Counted from the stretch's first letter, positions 37,994 through 53,610 are shown. The stretch is DNA of 64,000 nucleotides from an uncultured Gemmatimonadaceae bacterium (GCA_963740355.1 CAVUDW010000002.1:1728001-1792000), one strand, 5' to 3'. Notes: generated from the sequence alone by a model not told the origin. Program-made: numbers and translations.

Positions 37994-39130
37994 CTACTTT
38001 CGCGCGCTGTGCCAGGCTGCCAGCACGGCGACCTCGCGTTCCGGTGAGAGGCCGGCACGCGCCTTCTCCTGCTCGGCGGCCGGTCGTGCGTGATACCACG
38101 CCAGCGTCGCCGCCGCCGTTTCGGCCAGTGGACGGAAAGTGAGGCCAGCGTCATACGCCTTCTTGCAGATCACTCGTGCGAATCCGGCGGTGCGGCCAAC
38201 CGGTGGTACCCAGACCGGCATGTCGCTCCAGGCGCGAACCTGGTTCGCACCGAGGAACTCTGCAGGCACCCACGTGAACCGTGCATCGCTGGTGGTGACG
38301 GCCTTGATGCCATACAACATCTCGGCAATCGTCGTCGGCGTCTTGGGGCCAGTGGCATTGAAGATGCCAAGCACGCGCTTCTCCGCCAGGCGCACGATCC
38401 ACTCGCCGAGGTCGCGCGCGTCGACGTATTGCACGGGATCATTCGGTGTGCCGGGTGCCAGCACTTCGCCACCGCGATCGATGCGCACTGGCCAGTAGGA
38501 GAATCGATCCGACAGATCACCAGGGCCAACGATGAGGCCAGGTCGCACGATGGTCACGTTGTCGCCGAACTGCGTGCGCGCCTCGATCTCGCTGCGAACC
38601 TTGTTGCGGCCGTAGACCTGCGCATCGAATGGGGCGTCGATGTCCGACGGCGGCAGCAGTGGGCCATTCTCGTCGATCGGTGCCGAGTTGTCGGAGAAGA
38701 CCGAGATCGTGGAGATGAAGATGTAGTGCTTGGTGCGACCACGGAGCGCGAGACCAGCACCACGCACCCACTTCGGGTTGGCCGTCGGATTGTCGATCAC
38801 GACGTCCCACTCGCCACCCTCCAGTGCCTTGTGTCCATCGGGCAGGTTCCGGTCGCCAATGAGGCGCGGCACATTCGGGAAAAGGGTCGAGTTCGTGACG
38901 CCACGATTGAAGAGAGTCACCGAGTGGCCGCGATCGAGCGCGTACTGGACCTGGTACGGCCCGATGAAGCCGGTCCCGCCGAGAATCAGGATTCGCAGTG
39001 GCGCTTTCCGTCCCGTCGCGGTGTCGGCCGTGCGTGGCTCGAGCGCGTCGAGTAGCGAGGGCAATCCAAGCGACAGAGCACCGCCAATGGTGGCCGATGA
39101 CGCGATGAAAGTTCGACGAGAAACGGGCAT
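37994..39130 (-). CDS. NAD-dependent epimerase/dehydratase with Tat signal
   Basis: SRRTFI Tat motif; ILGGTGFIG; YGRNK; RPGLIVGP. Confidence 0.9.
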   Translation of the reverse strand: MPVSRRTFIASSATIGGALSLGLPSLLDALEPRTADTATGRKAPLRILILGGTGFIGPYQVQYALDRGHSVTLFNRGVTNSTLFPNVPRLIGDRNLPDGHKALEGGEWDVVIDNPTANPKWVRGAGLALRGRTKHYIFISTISVFSDNSAPIDENGPLLPPSDIDAPFDAQVYGRNKVRSEIEARTQFGDNVTIVRPGLIVGPGDLSDRFSYWPVRIDRGGEVLAPGTPNDPVQYVDARDLGEWIVRLAEKRVLGIFNATGPKTPTTIAEMLYGIKAVTTSDARFTWVPAEFLGANQVRAWSDMPVWVPPVGRTAGFARVICKKAYDAGLTFRPLAETAAATLAWYHARPAAEQEKARAGLSPEREVAVLAAWHSARK

Positions 39131-39305
39131 GAGCTGGGCTCCGATGGATCACGGGATGTACTGCCGTTGTCGAGCGCGGTGTCGAGGCGGCGCGAGCTGG
39201 CCTCCGCCTTCCGGTGGCAGCATAGGGCACTGCGCGAGTACGTGCCATGAGTGGCGCCTGTTGCACTGGCTGGCCGACTGACCGCCCGCTCGGTAGGCTA
39301 CCATC

Positions 39306-40187
39306 GTGCCCGAGCTCCCGGACATCACCGTCTACCGCGAGGCGCTCGCGTCGCGAGTCGTCGGCGCGCGCCTGCTGGGCGTGCGCGTGAGTAGCCCATT
39401 CGTCCTCCGCTCGGTGGAGCCACCGCTCTCCGCCTTCGCTGGCGCCACGGTGACCGGGATCGAGCGGGTCGGCAAGCGGATCGTGATCGCCTGTGACGAC
39501 GCGCTGTTCCTGGTGATCCACCTGATGATCGCGGGGCGCCTGAAGTGGATTCCAGCGGGCAAGAAGGTGCCGGCGAAGAGTGGTCTGGCGCTCTTCGAGT
39601 TCGAGACCGGCACACTCGTGCTGACGGAGGCGGGAACCAAGCGCCGCGCCTCGCTGACTGCGGTCGCTGGCCGCGACGCGCTCCGGGCGATCGATCGCGG
39701 CGGGCTGGATGTGCTGCACAGCGCTGACGCCGAGGTGATCGCGCGGCTGCGGAGCGAAAATCACACACTCAAGCGGTCACTCACCGATCCGCGGCTGTTC
39801 GACGGCATCGGCAATTCGTATTCGGATGAAATCCTCCACAAGGCGCGGCTCTCCCCTTTGCAGCTGACCTCGCGCCTCGACGACGACACGGCGGTTCGGC
39901 TGGTGGCGGCCATGCGTGCGACGCTCGTCGAGTGGACCGACCGACTTCGCGCCGAGGCGGCTGGCGGCTGGCCGGAGAAGGTGACGGCGTTCCGGCCCGA
40001 AATGGCGGTGCATGGCCGGTTCAAGCTCCCGTGTCCAGTCTGCGGCGCGCCGGTGCAGCGGATCCGCTATGCCGAAAACGAAACGAACTATTGCGCACGC
40101 TGTCAGACCGGTGGCAGGGTGCTGGCCGATCGTGCGATGTCTCGGTTGCTGAAGGAAGACTGGCCTCGCTCCCTCGACGAGCAGTGA
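39306..40187 (+). CDS. Fpg/Nei-family DNA glycosylase/AP lyase
   Basis: N-terminal PELPD, GIGNSYSDE H2TH motif, CPVC..CARCQ zinc finger. Confidence 0.93.
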   Translation: MPELPDITVYREALASRVVGARLLGVRVSSPFVLRSVEPPLSAFAGATVTGIERVGKRIVIACDDALFLVIHLMIAGRLKWIPAGKKVPAKSGLALFEFETGTLVLTEAGTKRRASLTAVAGRDALRAIDRGGLDVLHSADAEVIARLRSENHTLKRSLTDPRLFDGIGNSYSDEILHKARLSPLQLTSRLDDDTAVRLVAAMRATLVEWTDRLRAEAAGGWPEKVTAFRPEMAVHGRFKLPCPVCGAPVQRIRYAENETNYCARCQTGGRVLADRAMSRLLKEDWPRSLDEQ

Positions 40188-40281
40188 CCCTGATCGGGAC
40201 CGCCTGACATATTGTGCCCGGACGTGGTGCGTTCACACGTCGCCGCTGGGTGATGCGCTCACACTCCTGCCCCTTTCGCCG

Positions 40282-41832
40282 ATGGCCAAACGTTCGTTGA
40301 GTCTTGTCGCAGTGGTGTGCACCGCTGGCTTGCTGGTGGCACCCGTTCAGGCACAAACGCGAGCCGCGCAGGTGCGTGAGCTCGACGCCTACATCACGAA
40401 GGGGCTACGGGACTGGGACATTCCCGGTCTCACCATCGCCGTGGTACGAAACGATTCGGTGCTCTTCACCAAGGGCTACGGCGTGCGGCGACTCGGCGCC
40501 GCGGGTGCGGTGGATGAGCAGACGCAGTTCGGGATCATGAGCACCACCAAGGCCTTCACGGCACTGGCGATCGCGATGCTGGTGGATGAAGGGAAGGTGG
40601 CCTGGAACGATCCGATCACGAAGCACCTGCCAGAGTTCCAGTTCAGCGATCCATTCCTTACTCGTGAAGCGACGGTGAAGGATCTGTTGACCCACAACAT
40701 CGGTGTCGGCAATGCAGACCTGATGTGGGCTCGCGGCGACCTGACGCGCGCCGAGATTCTTCGCCGTGTGCGGTACATCCCCACGGCCTACTCACTGCGT
40801 GGCGGATTCGCATACCAGAACATCATGTATGGTGCCGCCGGCGAACTGGTCGCGCGCGTCTCGGGCCTGTCGTGGGAAGAGTTCGTGCGCACGCGAATCT
40901 TCGTACCGCTCGGCATGACGCATTCGTATACCACGTACGACGGCATGCATACCGCATCCGGTGCCAACCAGTCGGAGCCGCACTTCCGCATCCGCGACAC
41001 CATCCGCGTGATCAAGGACGAGACGGTGGATGTGTTGCCGGCAGCGGGCTCGATCTGGTCCAACGCAGTCGACATGTCGAAATGGTTGCGCTTCCTGCTC
41101 GACAGCGGGCGGGTGGATGGCAAGCGCTTGGTGACCGAGGCCGGATTCCGCGAGCTGTTGAAGCCGCAGTCGTTCGTGTCAGCGGCCGAGTTCTATCCCA
41201 CGGCGCGGATCACCAAGCCGCACTGGATGACGTACGGCCTGGGATGGTTCCAGCAGGACTTCCGCGGTCGATTCCTTGCCTTTCACACCGGAAGCCTCGA
41301 TGGCCGAACGGCGATGATGGGGCTGCTGCCGGACGCGCGGACCGGGGTTTTCATCGCCGGCAATCTGGATCACGCCGAATTCCGGCATGCGTTGCTGCTC
41401 CAGGTGATGGACATCTTCGCCGGAACCAATGGCGGTCCAGCCCGGAACTGGAGCACGGAGTTTCTTGCGCTCTACAAGGGCCTGCACGACGACGGTGAAA
41501 AGGCGACGGCGGAGTTCGAAGCCAAGCGTGTTGCCGGTACGAAACCCTCGCTGCCTGTGGCCGCGTATGCCGGCACCTTTACGCATCCGGTGTGGGGTGA
41601 TCTCCTGATCGCTGTGGACAACGGCGTGATGTCGGCGCGGCTCGGCCCCAGCGAAGGGACTCACGGCACGCTGGAGCACTGGAACTACGACACCTTCCGT
41701 GCCTTCCTTGGTGATGGGCGCGGAGGGGCGAACTACTTCGGCTTCCAGCTCGATGCGGAAGGGAAGGCGACGCGCGTCATCATGAATGGTGATGATGGCT
41801 ACACCTTCACCCGTGTCGAGCCGAAGAAATAG
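40282..41832 (+). CDS. Exported serine hydrolase (beta-lactamase class C-like) with DUF3471-type C-terminus
   Basis: Signal peptide; STTK (SxxK), YQN and HTG motifs; YAGTFTHPVWG. Confidence 0.9.
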   Translation: MAKRSLSLVAVVCTAGLLVAPVQAQTRAAQVRELDAYITKGLRDWDIPGLTIAVVRNDSVLFTKGYGVRRLGAAGAVDEQTQFGIMSTTKAFTALAIAMLVDEGKVAWNDPITKHLPEFQFSDPFLTREATVKDLLTHNIGVGNADLMWARGDLTRAEILRRVRYIPTAYSLRGGFAYQNIMYGAAGELVARVSGLSWEEFVRTRIFVPLGMTHSYTTYDGMHTASGANQSEPHFRIRDTIRVIKDETVDVLPAAGSIWSNAVDMSKWLRFLLDSGRVDGKRLVTEAGFRELLKPQSFVSAAEFYPTARITKPHWMTYGLGWFQQDFRGRFLAFHTGSLDGRTAMMGLLPDARTGVFIAGNLDHAEFRHALLLQVMDIFAGTNGGPARNWSTEFLALYKGLHDDGEKATAEFEAKRVAGTKPSLPVAAYAGTFTHPVWGDLLIAVDNGVMSARLGPSEGTHGTLEHWNYDTFRAFLGDGRGGANYFGFQLDAEGKATRVIMNGDDGYTFTRVEPKK

Positions 41833-41858
41833 CGGCGCGACGTCCGCACCGGAAAACG

Positions 41859-41893
41859 AACACGCCGCCGATCACATGGATCGGCGGCGTGTT
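41859..41893. terminator. Probable bidirectional terminator
   Basis: AACACGCCGCCGATC-N5-GATCGGCGGCGTGTT between a convergent CDS and tRNA. Confidence 0.75.
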
Positions 41894-41957
41894 TCGCTTG
41901 AGCCTGAGAGTCGCAGGCACACGACTCTGTGAACATTCAGTTGGGAACTTCAACAAG

Positions 41958-42040
<83 letters not shown>

Positions 42041-42159
42041 GGGCTGCAATTGCTGCCGGAATCTCGCCATTTCGAGGTGATTGCACCATCCCCAGAAATC
42101 GCTATGATGCGAAGGACAGTGCGAGCGGCGGGTGGATTCCTTGACCGGCAGGAGCAGAC

Positions 42160-46770
<4,611 letters not shown>

Positions 46771-46872
46771 CGTCTTTACCTTCACAATGGCAGCCCCTCG
46801 CTCAGTGAATCCGGCGCGGGGCTGTTTGTCCTCAGCGAGGCTGGCTCGCGTCGATTCGACCAGACTCGGAAT

Positions 46873-47676
46873 TCACTCCGCCTTCTCCGGCGTCGCCAAC
46901 CCCGTCACCAGATCCAGCCGATACGGCTTCCCATCGAGATACGCCTCCGGCGTTCGCGACCCGTCGAAGTACACGCTCAAGCTCGAGTGAAACGGCCGCG
47001 TGGTTCCCGATGCGACCCACTCATTGAGCGCGGTTGCCGTCACGACACCACTGGTTGGATACGCAGTTGCCAGGTCGTATCGGTGCTTCGGGAACGCCAC
47101 GTCCCGGTAGCTGACCACCTGCGCGAAACGATTGAAGCCGCGCGAGCGATGCACGATCGTGAAGGTCGTATCGACGCCACTCAGCAGCGCGGCATCGGCT
47201 GCGAGGCCGATGAAGGCCCATTCGAGGCGACGGCGCACGCTGAGATCGACCGTGTGGCCGCTCTGGTCGGCGAATCGACGGACGAAGGCCGTGCGCTCCA
47301 CCGCTTTCTCGGTCGTCGCCGCGTCGTAGTCCCGCTGCGTCGTGCCGTCCTTGGCGTGATGCTCGAGCATCGTGACACCGAAGGTGCTGTCATTGCCGCG
47401 CTTCGACACACAGACGCGTCGGCGTAGTCGCGAGTCGAACGCGCAGTTCATGAACCCGGGATAGGACGCGCCGTCAGACACATACGGAATGCGGAAGCGG
47501 CTCATCACGCCGAGGTGCCTGAGATCGACGCGTACCTGTCCCGGTACGACCGTCTCTTCCGGCTCCGGCAGCCCCGCCGCCATCGCCGCGACTTCGTCCG
47601 CGTGCTGAATCACGCCAGCCAGGCAGAGCGCGACAATCGCTGCGCTCATCTGACCCAAGTGCATACGCCGCATCAC
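46873..47676 (-). CDS. Hypothetical exported protein
   Basis: N-terminal hydrophobic segment, beta-rich body; fills the gap between gltB and the next gene; start uncertain. Confidence 0.55.
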   Translation of the reverse strand: MMRRMHLGQMSAAIVALCLAGVIQHADEVAAMAAGLPEPEETVVPGQVRVDLRHLGVMSRFRIPYVSDGASYPGFMNCAFDSRLRRRVCVSKRGNDSTFGVTMLEHHAKDGTTQRDYDAATTEKAVERTAFVRRFADQSGHTVDLSVRRRLEWAFIGLAADAALLSGVDTTFTIVHRSRGFNRFAQVVSYRDVAFPKHRYDLATAYPTSGVVTATALNEWVASGTTRPFHSSLSVYFDGSRTPEAYLDGKPYRLDLVTGLATPEKAE

Positions 47677-47784
47677 GTTACCTCGTCGTGTTGGCGCGGA
47701 ACCGGCGCACGACTGTGCGACGCGACCCCGGGAGCATCCACTTAGCGACGAAGCAGCACTTTTACGGTCACCAATCTCGACGCC

Positions 47785-48783
47785 TCACGCAGCGGCATCT
47801 GGCAACAGGTGTTTCGCGAATGTTGCGCCGTCGGTGTTGCCACCGCACACCACCACACCCACCTGCTTGCCGCCCAGCCGTTCACGCAACGGGAACATCA
47901 ACGCAGCCAGCGCCGCAGCCCCTGCCGGCTCGACGACCAGCTTCGCCGAACGAAAGAGGAGGCGCATCCCGTCGCGGATCTGGTCGTCGTTCACCAGCAC
48001 CACCTCGTCCACGAACTGCCGGTTCAGTGCGAACGAATACGGTTCGGCACGCGGTGCGCCCAGTGAATCGGCGATCGTACGCACTGATTCGATCGATTGC
48101 GGCGAACCGGCGTGGAAGCTGCGATACATGCTGTTGGCCCCTTCAGGCTCCACGACAAACACGGCGGTGCGGGGACTCATCTGCTTCACGGCGCAGGAGA
48201 TCCCCGCCGACAAGCCGCCTCCGCCCGACGCAATGATCACCGCGTCCAGTGTCGCGCCAGCCGCTGTCACCTGGTCGATGAATTCGAGGCCGACGCTGGC
48301 CGTGCCAAGCGCCGTCTTTGGCCCCTCGAATGGATGCACGAAGGTTCGGCCATCCTCTGCCTCGACTTCACGCACGCGTTCGAAGGCACGGTGCACATCC
48401 TCGACCAACTCGACCTCCGCACCCAGCTCACGACAAAGCGCAACACGAAACGGGTTGGCGGTCTTTGGCATCACGACCTTGGCGGTCGTACCCAACTCGC
48501 GTGCGCACCATGCCAGCGAGATGGCGTGATTGCCTGCCGAGACACCTGTCACACCCCGCGACAGTGCGTCTGCATCCATGTCGAGCATCACCGTCAACGC
48601 CCCTCGCGGCTTGAAACTGCCGGTGCGTTGGAACAACTCCTCCTTCAACCAGACCCCGGTGTCGGCGCCGACGGCTCGCCCCAATGCGTCATCGTGCACG
48701 CGGCGTGTTGACGTCGTGACGATGCGATCACCGAGTCGCGCGCGATTGGTGCGGATCTGGTCCAGCGTCGGTGCCTGATTCAC
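47785..48783 (-). CDS. PLP-dependent threonine/serine dehydratase-family protein
   Basis: QRTGSFKPRGA, SAGNHA, HPF, GGGGL, VEPAGA and CGGN motifs. Confidence 0.9.
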   Translation of the reverse strand: MNQAPTLDQIRTNRARLGDRIVTTSTRRVHDDALGRAVGADTGVWLKEELFQRTGSFKPRGALTVMLDMDADALSRGVTGVSAGNHAISLAWCARELGTTAKVVMPKTANPFRVALCRELGAEVELVEDVHRAFERVREVEAEDGRTFVHPFEGPKTALGTASVGLEFIDQVTAAGATLDAVIIASGGGGLSAGISCAVKQMSPRTAVFVVEPEGANSMYRSFHAGSPQSIESVRTIADSLGAPRAEPYSFALNRQFVDEVVLVNDDQIRDGMRLLFRSAKLVVEPAGAAALAALMFPLRERLGGKQVGVVVCGGNTDGATFAKHLLPDAAA

Positions 48784-49319
48784 GTCGCGAAGCCCTCGGG
48801 CATACGTGTCTCCGCCGCATCGCAGCCGAGGCGCGCGATGTCGTCGGACCGATCAGGATACTGCGCCAGCAGCGCATCGCGTGAGCCGCCCTCGTACATC
48901 GCGTCGGTGAAACCTGGCGCCATCGTGCACCCGAAAAGCGCGAAACGGCCGCCCTCGACGAGGTGCCCGGCCTGCCAGACACCGGCGGGAACGACGAACT
49001 GCACATGTTCGCCGTTCAGCGGGTCGTCGCCGAGGATCACGTCGCGTGAGGTGCCGTCAGGGTCGAGCAGTATCAGTCGCAGCGGATCGCCTCGATAGAA
49101 GTGCCAGACTTCGTCGGCCGAGAGTCGGTGAAATCGGGAGTGGCTCAGCGGCTCGCTGCAGTACAGGCCGATGATGGCGGTGCCAACGGGGCCGCCGTCA
49201 CCGCCCTCGTCTGCCGAGCGATAGGTGCTCGCGAACAACGTCCCCTCGCTCGGCAAGGGACGCATGCGATAGTGCTCGATCAGCGCTTCGACTTCCGGGT
49301 TCATCGGGCGGCGTGGCAT
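48780..49319 (-). CDS. Cupin_5 (DUF985) family protein
   Basis: SRFHRLSADEVWHFYRGDPL, QFVVPAGVWQA and GCTMAPGF. Confidence 0.9.
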   Translation of the reverse strand: MPRRPMNPEVEALIEHYRMRPLPSEGTLFASTYRSADEGGDGGPVGTAIIGLYCSEPLSHSRFHRLSADEVWHFYRGDPLRLILLDPDGTSRDVILGDDPLNGEHVQFVVPAGVWQAGHLVEGGRFALFGCTMAPGFTDAMYEGGSRDALLAQYPDRSDDIARLGCDAAETRMPEGFAT

Positions 49320-49322
49320 CGG

Positions 49323-49715
49323 TCAGCGGCTGGCCGGTTGGGCGAGGTTGATCAGGTTGCCGCAGCTGTCTTCGAACATCACCGTCGTGACCGGGCCAAG
49401 GTCCTTCGGCTCGCTCCGGAAGATGACGCCAAGGCTCTTCAGGCGGGCGTATTCCTTGTGGATATCCTGGCTGATGAAGGCCGTGGCAGGGATCCCAGCC
49501 TCGAACAGCGCCTGCTGGTAGACCTGGGCCGGCGCAAAGGCCATCGGCTCGAGGACCAGTTCCACGCCGTCCAACCCGTCCGGCGAGGTCACCGTCAGCC
49601 AGCGGTAGGCGCCCATGGGGACGTCGGCGCAGGGCTCGAAGCCGAGAATCGAGGTATAGAACCGCAGCGCCTTGTCCTGGTCGTCGACCAAGATGGAGAT
49701 GAGCCTGATCTGCAT
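49323..49715 (-). CDS. VOC/glyoxalase family protein
   Basis: VDDQDKALRFYT, RWLTV and FEDSCGNLI. Confidence 0.9.
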   Translation of the reverse strand: MQIRLISILVDDQDKALRFYTSILGFEPCADVPMGAYRWLTVTSPDGLDGVELVLEPMAFAPAQVYQQALFEAGIPATAFISQDIHKEYARLKSLGVIFRSEPKDLGPVTTVMFEDSCGNLINLAQPASR

Positions 49716-50084
49716 GGTTCGGTCCGCGGATGGGTGGCCAGCGTGTGATGTGTAACGAAGATCACGACCTGTGCGCTGGCCCCGCCACTGATGGCCGGAG
49801 ATCGCGGCGCCCGCGGTTCGGGCGGCGGCCCGACCAGCGGACTGCTGTGTCCCGATTCCGTGTCAATTCCGAGGAGTGGGAAGGCGTGACTGTTGGCGGC
49901 GTCAAACGTCTTCAGACCGTAGACCGGATGGGTCACCGGGGCGGGAGCATTCCGACGGCTGGCGGACGCTTGGACAGCGGCTGTCGCCCACGGAGGCTGC
50001 CGCTCCAGACGTATCAGGCACTCAACACGGGGCGCGCTGAAGGTGAGGCGCGCCGCCACCGCCCAAGCCGCTTCATCACCCCTC

Positions 50085-52781
50085 ATGGATCGCGCGATCA
50101 CTCACCTGCGACGTTCGGACGACCGGTGGTGCATGGCGGCGAATCTCCTCGTCGTTGCTGCGGTTGCAGCAGCGATCGCGGCGTTCGTGCTTCCACGCGC
50201 GGCGTTCGACACGTTCTATGGGCACTCGTCGCTGCTGTTTCCGGCCATCCCCGTCGTGGCCGCCTGGCGCGCCTGGCGCAGGAACAAGGCTGAGGACGTT
50301 CGTGCGGGGTGGGGCTGGGTGGCAGCCGGCATCTTCGGCTTCGCCTGCTATGAAGTCGCCTGGTACGCGGCGTGGCTCGAGGGTGTCCAGCTCCATACCT
50401 CGATTGCCGACGTCCTGAACCTGATCTTTGCCCCGCTGGTGTTGGTAGGTGTGCTGCGCCATGCCCGACGTGGCATCAGTCGCACCGAGCAGCAGCGCGA
50501 GTATCTCGACACTGCGATCGTGGCGCTGGGCGCGGCTGCAATCGTGCATGCGACCATGACGTTGTTCGGAGGGGGCGTGCGACCGGTCACGGGTCCGCGC
50601 GATTTCGTGTTGCTGGTGGCCCCGGTCCTCGACCTCGTCACGCTCGGTGGGTTGGGCCTGCTCTGGATCCGGCGTGGCAGCGGCGGCGTGCCAGCGTGGA
50701 CGGCGAGTATCGGCGTTGCGCTGTTGCTGGGCACGATCGCTGACGTCTGGTACGCGGTCCCGGCCAGCATCGGCGTGGAGTCGCCGTGGTTCGTCTGCGC
50801 GGCGTGGTACGGTAGTTGGGCGGCGTTGGGTGTCGGCGCCACCCGTGCCGTGCAACCCGTGGTACTCGCGGCACGTCCCGACCGGATTTCACGTCTGCCA
50901 TACATCCTCGCCGTCGCATGCTACGCGGCGCTCAGCATGGCGGTCGCCATCGACGACCGCGAGGCGATCATCTCGACGACCTTCGGCGCCGGGATCGTGA
51001 CTTTGCTGGTGTTGCTGCGCCAACTGGCCGCCGTCAACGACGTGACCAAGATGGAGGCCGATCGCGTGCAGTCGCACGGCGATCGCAAGCTGGCCGCGCT
51101 GGTGCGTCATGGCAGCGACATGCTGACCATCGTCAGCCCCGACATGACGGTGCAGTACGCCAGTCCCTCGCATCACCAGATCTTCGGCATTCCCACCGAT
51201 GCGCTGCTCGGCCGCGACATCCTGGCCGACATCCATCTCGATGACCAGGACAATGCGCGCCGCAGCTTCCTCCGGTTGCTGGAAGGCACATCACAGCGCG
51301 AGTCGCTGGTGGTGCGCCTGCGTGACTCCGATGGGGTCTGGCGCTGGGTCGAAGTCGTTGGCACGAACCTCGTTGGCGAGCCGACCATCGGCGGCCTGGT
51401 TCTCAACAGCCGCGACATCACCGATCGCAAGCAGCTCGAGGACGAGCTGGTCGCCCAGGCGTTGCGTGATCCACTGACGGGCCTCGGCAACCGCCGCCTG
51501 TTCGCCGATCGTGTGGCGCATGCGCTCGATCGCCAGCGTCGCAAGCCTGAAAGTGTGGCGGTGCTGCTGCTCGACCTGGACCATTTCAAGTTCGTGAATG
51601 ACACGCTCGGGCATGCCAAGGGTGATGCCTTGCTGGTGGCGGTCGCGAATCGCCTGCAGCTGGTCGTGCGTGCCGGTGACACCGTGGCACGCCTCGGCGG
51701 CGACGAGTTTGCCGTGCTGCTGGAAGACCTCACGCTGGAGGACGAGGCCGACGCCACCGCCGTGCGCATCCTGCACGCGCTCGATCGTCCGTTCATTCTC
51801 GACGATCGAGAAGTGTTCGTGCGCGCCAGCATCGGAATCGCGTGGGCCGCCGAGGGACAGACTGTCGACGCGCTGGTGACCGACGCCGACGTCGCGATGT
51901 ACGCCGCCAAGGGAGCAGGTCGCAGCCGGATCGAGCGATTCTCCAGCGCCATGCGCGAGAGCGTCACCGAGCGGCACAACGTGGAGGCGGCGCTGCGAGG
52001 TGCACTCGAGCGCGAAGAGTTCGATCTCGTCTATCAGCCGCTGGTGGATCTCGAGACGGGCCAGATCGCAGGTGCCGAAGCCCTCATTCGCTGGCGCCAT
52101 CGCGAACATGGCTTGTTGTTGCCATCGCGATTCATTCCGATCGCAGAAGAGTCGGAACTGATCGTCCTCATCGGTCGCATGGTGCTTCGTCGCGCTGCAA
52201 CTGATGTCGCGCGCTTCCGTGAAGCCTCCGAGTCGAGCAGCGAGATGCGGGTGGCGGTCAACCTCTCCTCGCGGCATCTGCTATCGCCAGAGCTGGTGTC
52301 CGACGTCGAGTCGGCGCTTTCCGATGCCGGTGTCAATGGCAGCGCGCTGACGGTCGAGCTGACGGAATCCGTGCTCGCCTCACATGAGTCGGTGATCGTA
52401 GAGCGGCTGCACGCCCTGCGCGCCCTCGGCATGCAGGTCGCGCTCGACGACTTCGGGACGGGATACAGCTCGCTGGCCTACCTGCGCCGGTATCCGATCG
52501 ATGTCCTGAAGGTGGACCAGAGCTTCGTCTCCTGGGCCACCGACGACGCAGCCACCGACGGCGTGGCGCGCGCGATCGTCTCGATCGGGCAAAGCCTGTC
52601 GATGCGCACCGTGGCTGAAGGCATCGAGACGCGCACTCAGCTCGAGACGCTGCGGGCGCTCGGTTGCTCGTACGGTCAGGGCTACCTGTTCTCTCAGCCG
52701 CTCTCGAACACTGCGTTCGTCGAGCTGTTGAGCACCTGGGAGCCGCGCTTCTTCGCCGCCGAGGTCGCGCTCAACGCCTGA
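50085..52781 (+). CDS. Membrane-bound PAS-GGDEF-EAL c-di-GMP enzyme
   Basis: Multi-TM N-terminus, PAS (RDITDRK), RAGD I-site + GGDEF, EAL, DDFGTGYSS; start uncertain (50043-50133). Confidence 0.93.
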   Translation: MDRAITHLRRSDDRWCMAANLLVVAAVAAAIAAFVLPRAAFDTFYGHSSLLFPAIPVVAAWRAWRRNKAEDVRAGWGWVAAGIFGFACYEVAWYAAWLEGVQLHTSIADVLNLIFAPLVLVGVLRHARRGISRTEQQREYLDTAIVALGAAAIVHATMTLFGGGVRPVTGPRDFVLLVAPVLDLVTLGGLGLLWIRRGSGGVPAWTASIGVALLLGTIADVWYAVPASIGVESPWFVCAAWYGSWAALGVGATRAVQPVVLAARPDRISRLPYILAVACYAALSMAVAIDDREAIISTTFGAGIVTLLVLLRQLAAVNDVTKMEADRVQSHGDRKLAALVRHGSDMLTIVSPDMTVQYASPSHHQIFGIPTDALLGRDILADIHLDDQDNARRSFLRLLEGTSQRESLVVRLRDSDGVWRWVEVVGTNLVGEPTIGGLVLNSRDITDRKQLEDELVAQALRDPLTGLGNRRLFADRVAHALDRQRRKPESVAVLLLDLDHFKFVNDTLGHAKGDALLVAVANRLQLVVRAGDTVARLGGDEFAVLLEDLTLEDEADATAVRILHALDRPFILDDREVFVRASIGIAWAAEGQTVDALVTDADVAMYAAKGAGRSRIERFSSAMRESVTERHNVEAALRGALEREEFDLVYQPLVDLETGQIAGAEALIRWRHREHGLLLPSRFIPIAEESELIVLIGRMVLRRAATDVARFREASESSSEMRVAVNLSSRHLLSPELVSDVESALSDAGVNGSALTVELTESVLASHESVIVERLHALRALGMQVALDDFGTGYSSLAYLRRYPIDVLKVDQSFVSWATDDAATDGVARAIVSIGQSLSMRTVAEGIETRTQLETLRALGCSYGQGYLFSQPLSNTAFVELLSTWEPRFFAAEVALNA

Positions 52782-52829
52782 GGATTCGGCGATGTGGTTG
52801 CCGTGCAACGAGTGACCGCGCTCGAAGGC

Positions 52830-53456
52830 TCAGTGGTCGACGCGCGGTGCGATGGGTCGGATCGGTCCGTGGCCGGCGTACACGGTGGTTGCGCCACGTG
52901 TACGGAGCAGCTCCCAGCTGGCATTCGTCACCTCGGCCTCTGCGTCCGGAATGAACATCGGATGGGTGAGGTCACCGGTGAATACCGCCCCATCATCGAG
53001 CAACAGCGAGACACTGTCGGGTGAGTGCCCGGGCGTGTGCAACACCTCGCCACCGATGCCGATCTCCGACAGGAGCGCGCGGCTCTCGGCAAGCGTGAAG
53101 ACGCGATTGTCGTGCAAGGAGATGGGGGTGAAGTGATCGGCCGGCTTCACATGGTCGGAGATGTGCGGCACCCACGCCACCTGCTCATCGGCGACCAGCA
53201 GTGTCATCCCCGCCTGCTTCAGGTCCTGCGCCAGGCCGGCGTGGTCAAGGTGGTAGTGCGTGGCGAGACCGTACCGGATTTCTCTCAGCGGGATATCCAT
53301 GCGTTCGAGCTGCTTGCGCATCGTGTCCATCGTGCCCGGCCAGCCCAGGTCGAGCATCAATCGTGATGTCCCGGCGCTGATCACCCAGAAGTTCGTCGAG
53401 CGATACCCGACGTTGACGATGGTCGGTGCGCCGCGGTGCGTGGCTATCGATGGCAT
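52830..53456 (-). CDS. MBL-fold metallo-hydrolase
   Basis: THYHLDHAG, HTPGHS, FTGD and YAGHG motifs. Confidence 0.88.
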   Translation of the reverse strand: MPSIATHRGAPTIVNVGYRSTNFWVISAGTSRLMLDLGWPGTMDTMRKQLERMDIPLREIRYGLATHYHLDHAGLAQDLKQAGMTLLVADEQVAWVPHISDHVKPADHFTPISLHDNRVFTLAESRALLSEIGIGGEVLHTPGHSPDSVSLLLDDGAVFTGDLTHPMFIPDAEAEVTNASWELLRTRGATTVYAGHGPIRPIAPRVDH

Positions 53457-53610
53457 TCCGGAAGATGTCAGCGCGGCGCACAGGGCCGCCAGCGGTGGCG
53501 CAGTCCTTCGTGACTGTGGGGCGTGCAACCGCGGACGCCTTGCCTGCGCCATCCCTGTCGATACGATGCAGGCTGCTGCGTTTTGCCAGTCTCTCCCACC
53601 GGACCTGCGA

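Noticed and set aside
40282..41832. Antibiotic-resistance calls for the serine hydrolase, MBL-fold, Vgb-like and VanZ-like genes
   Set aside because: Only superfamily-level motifs are visible; these families are mostly not resistance proteins.
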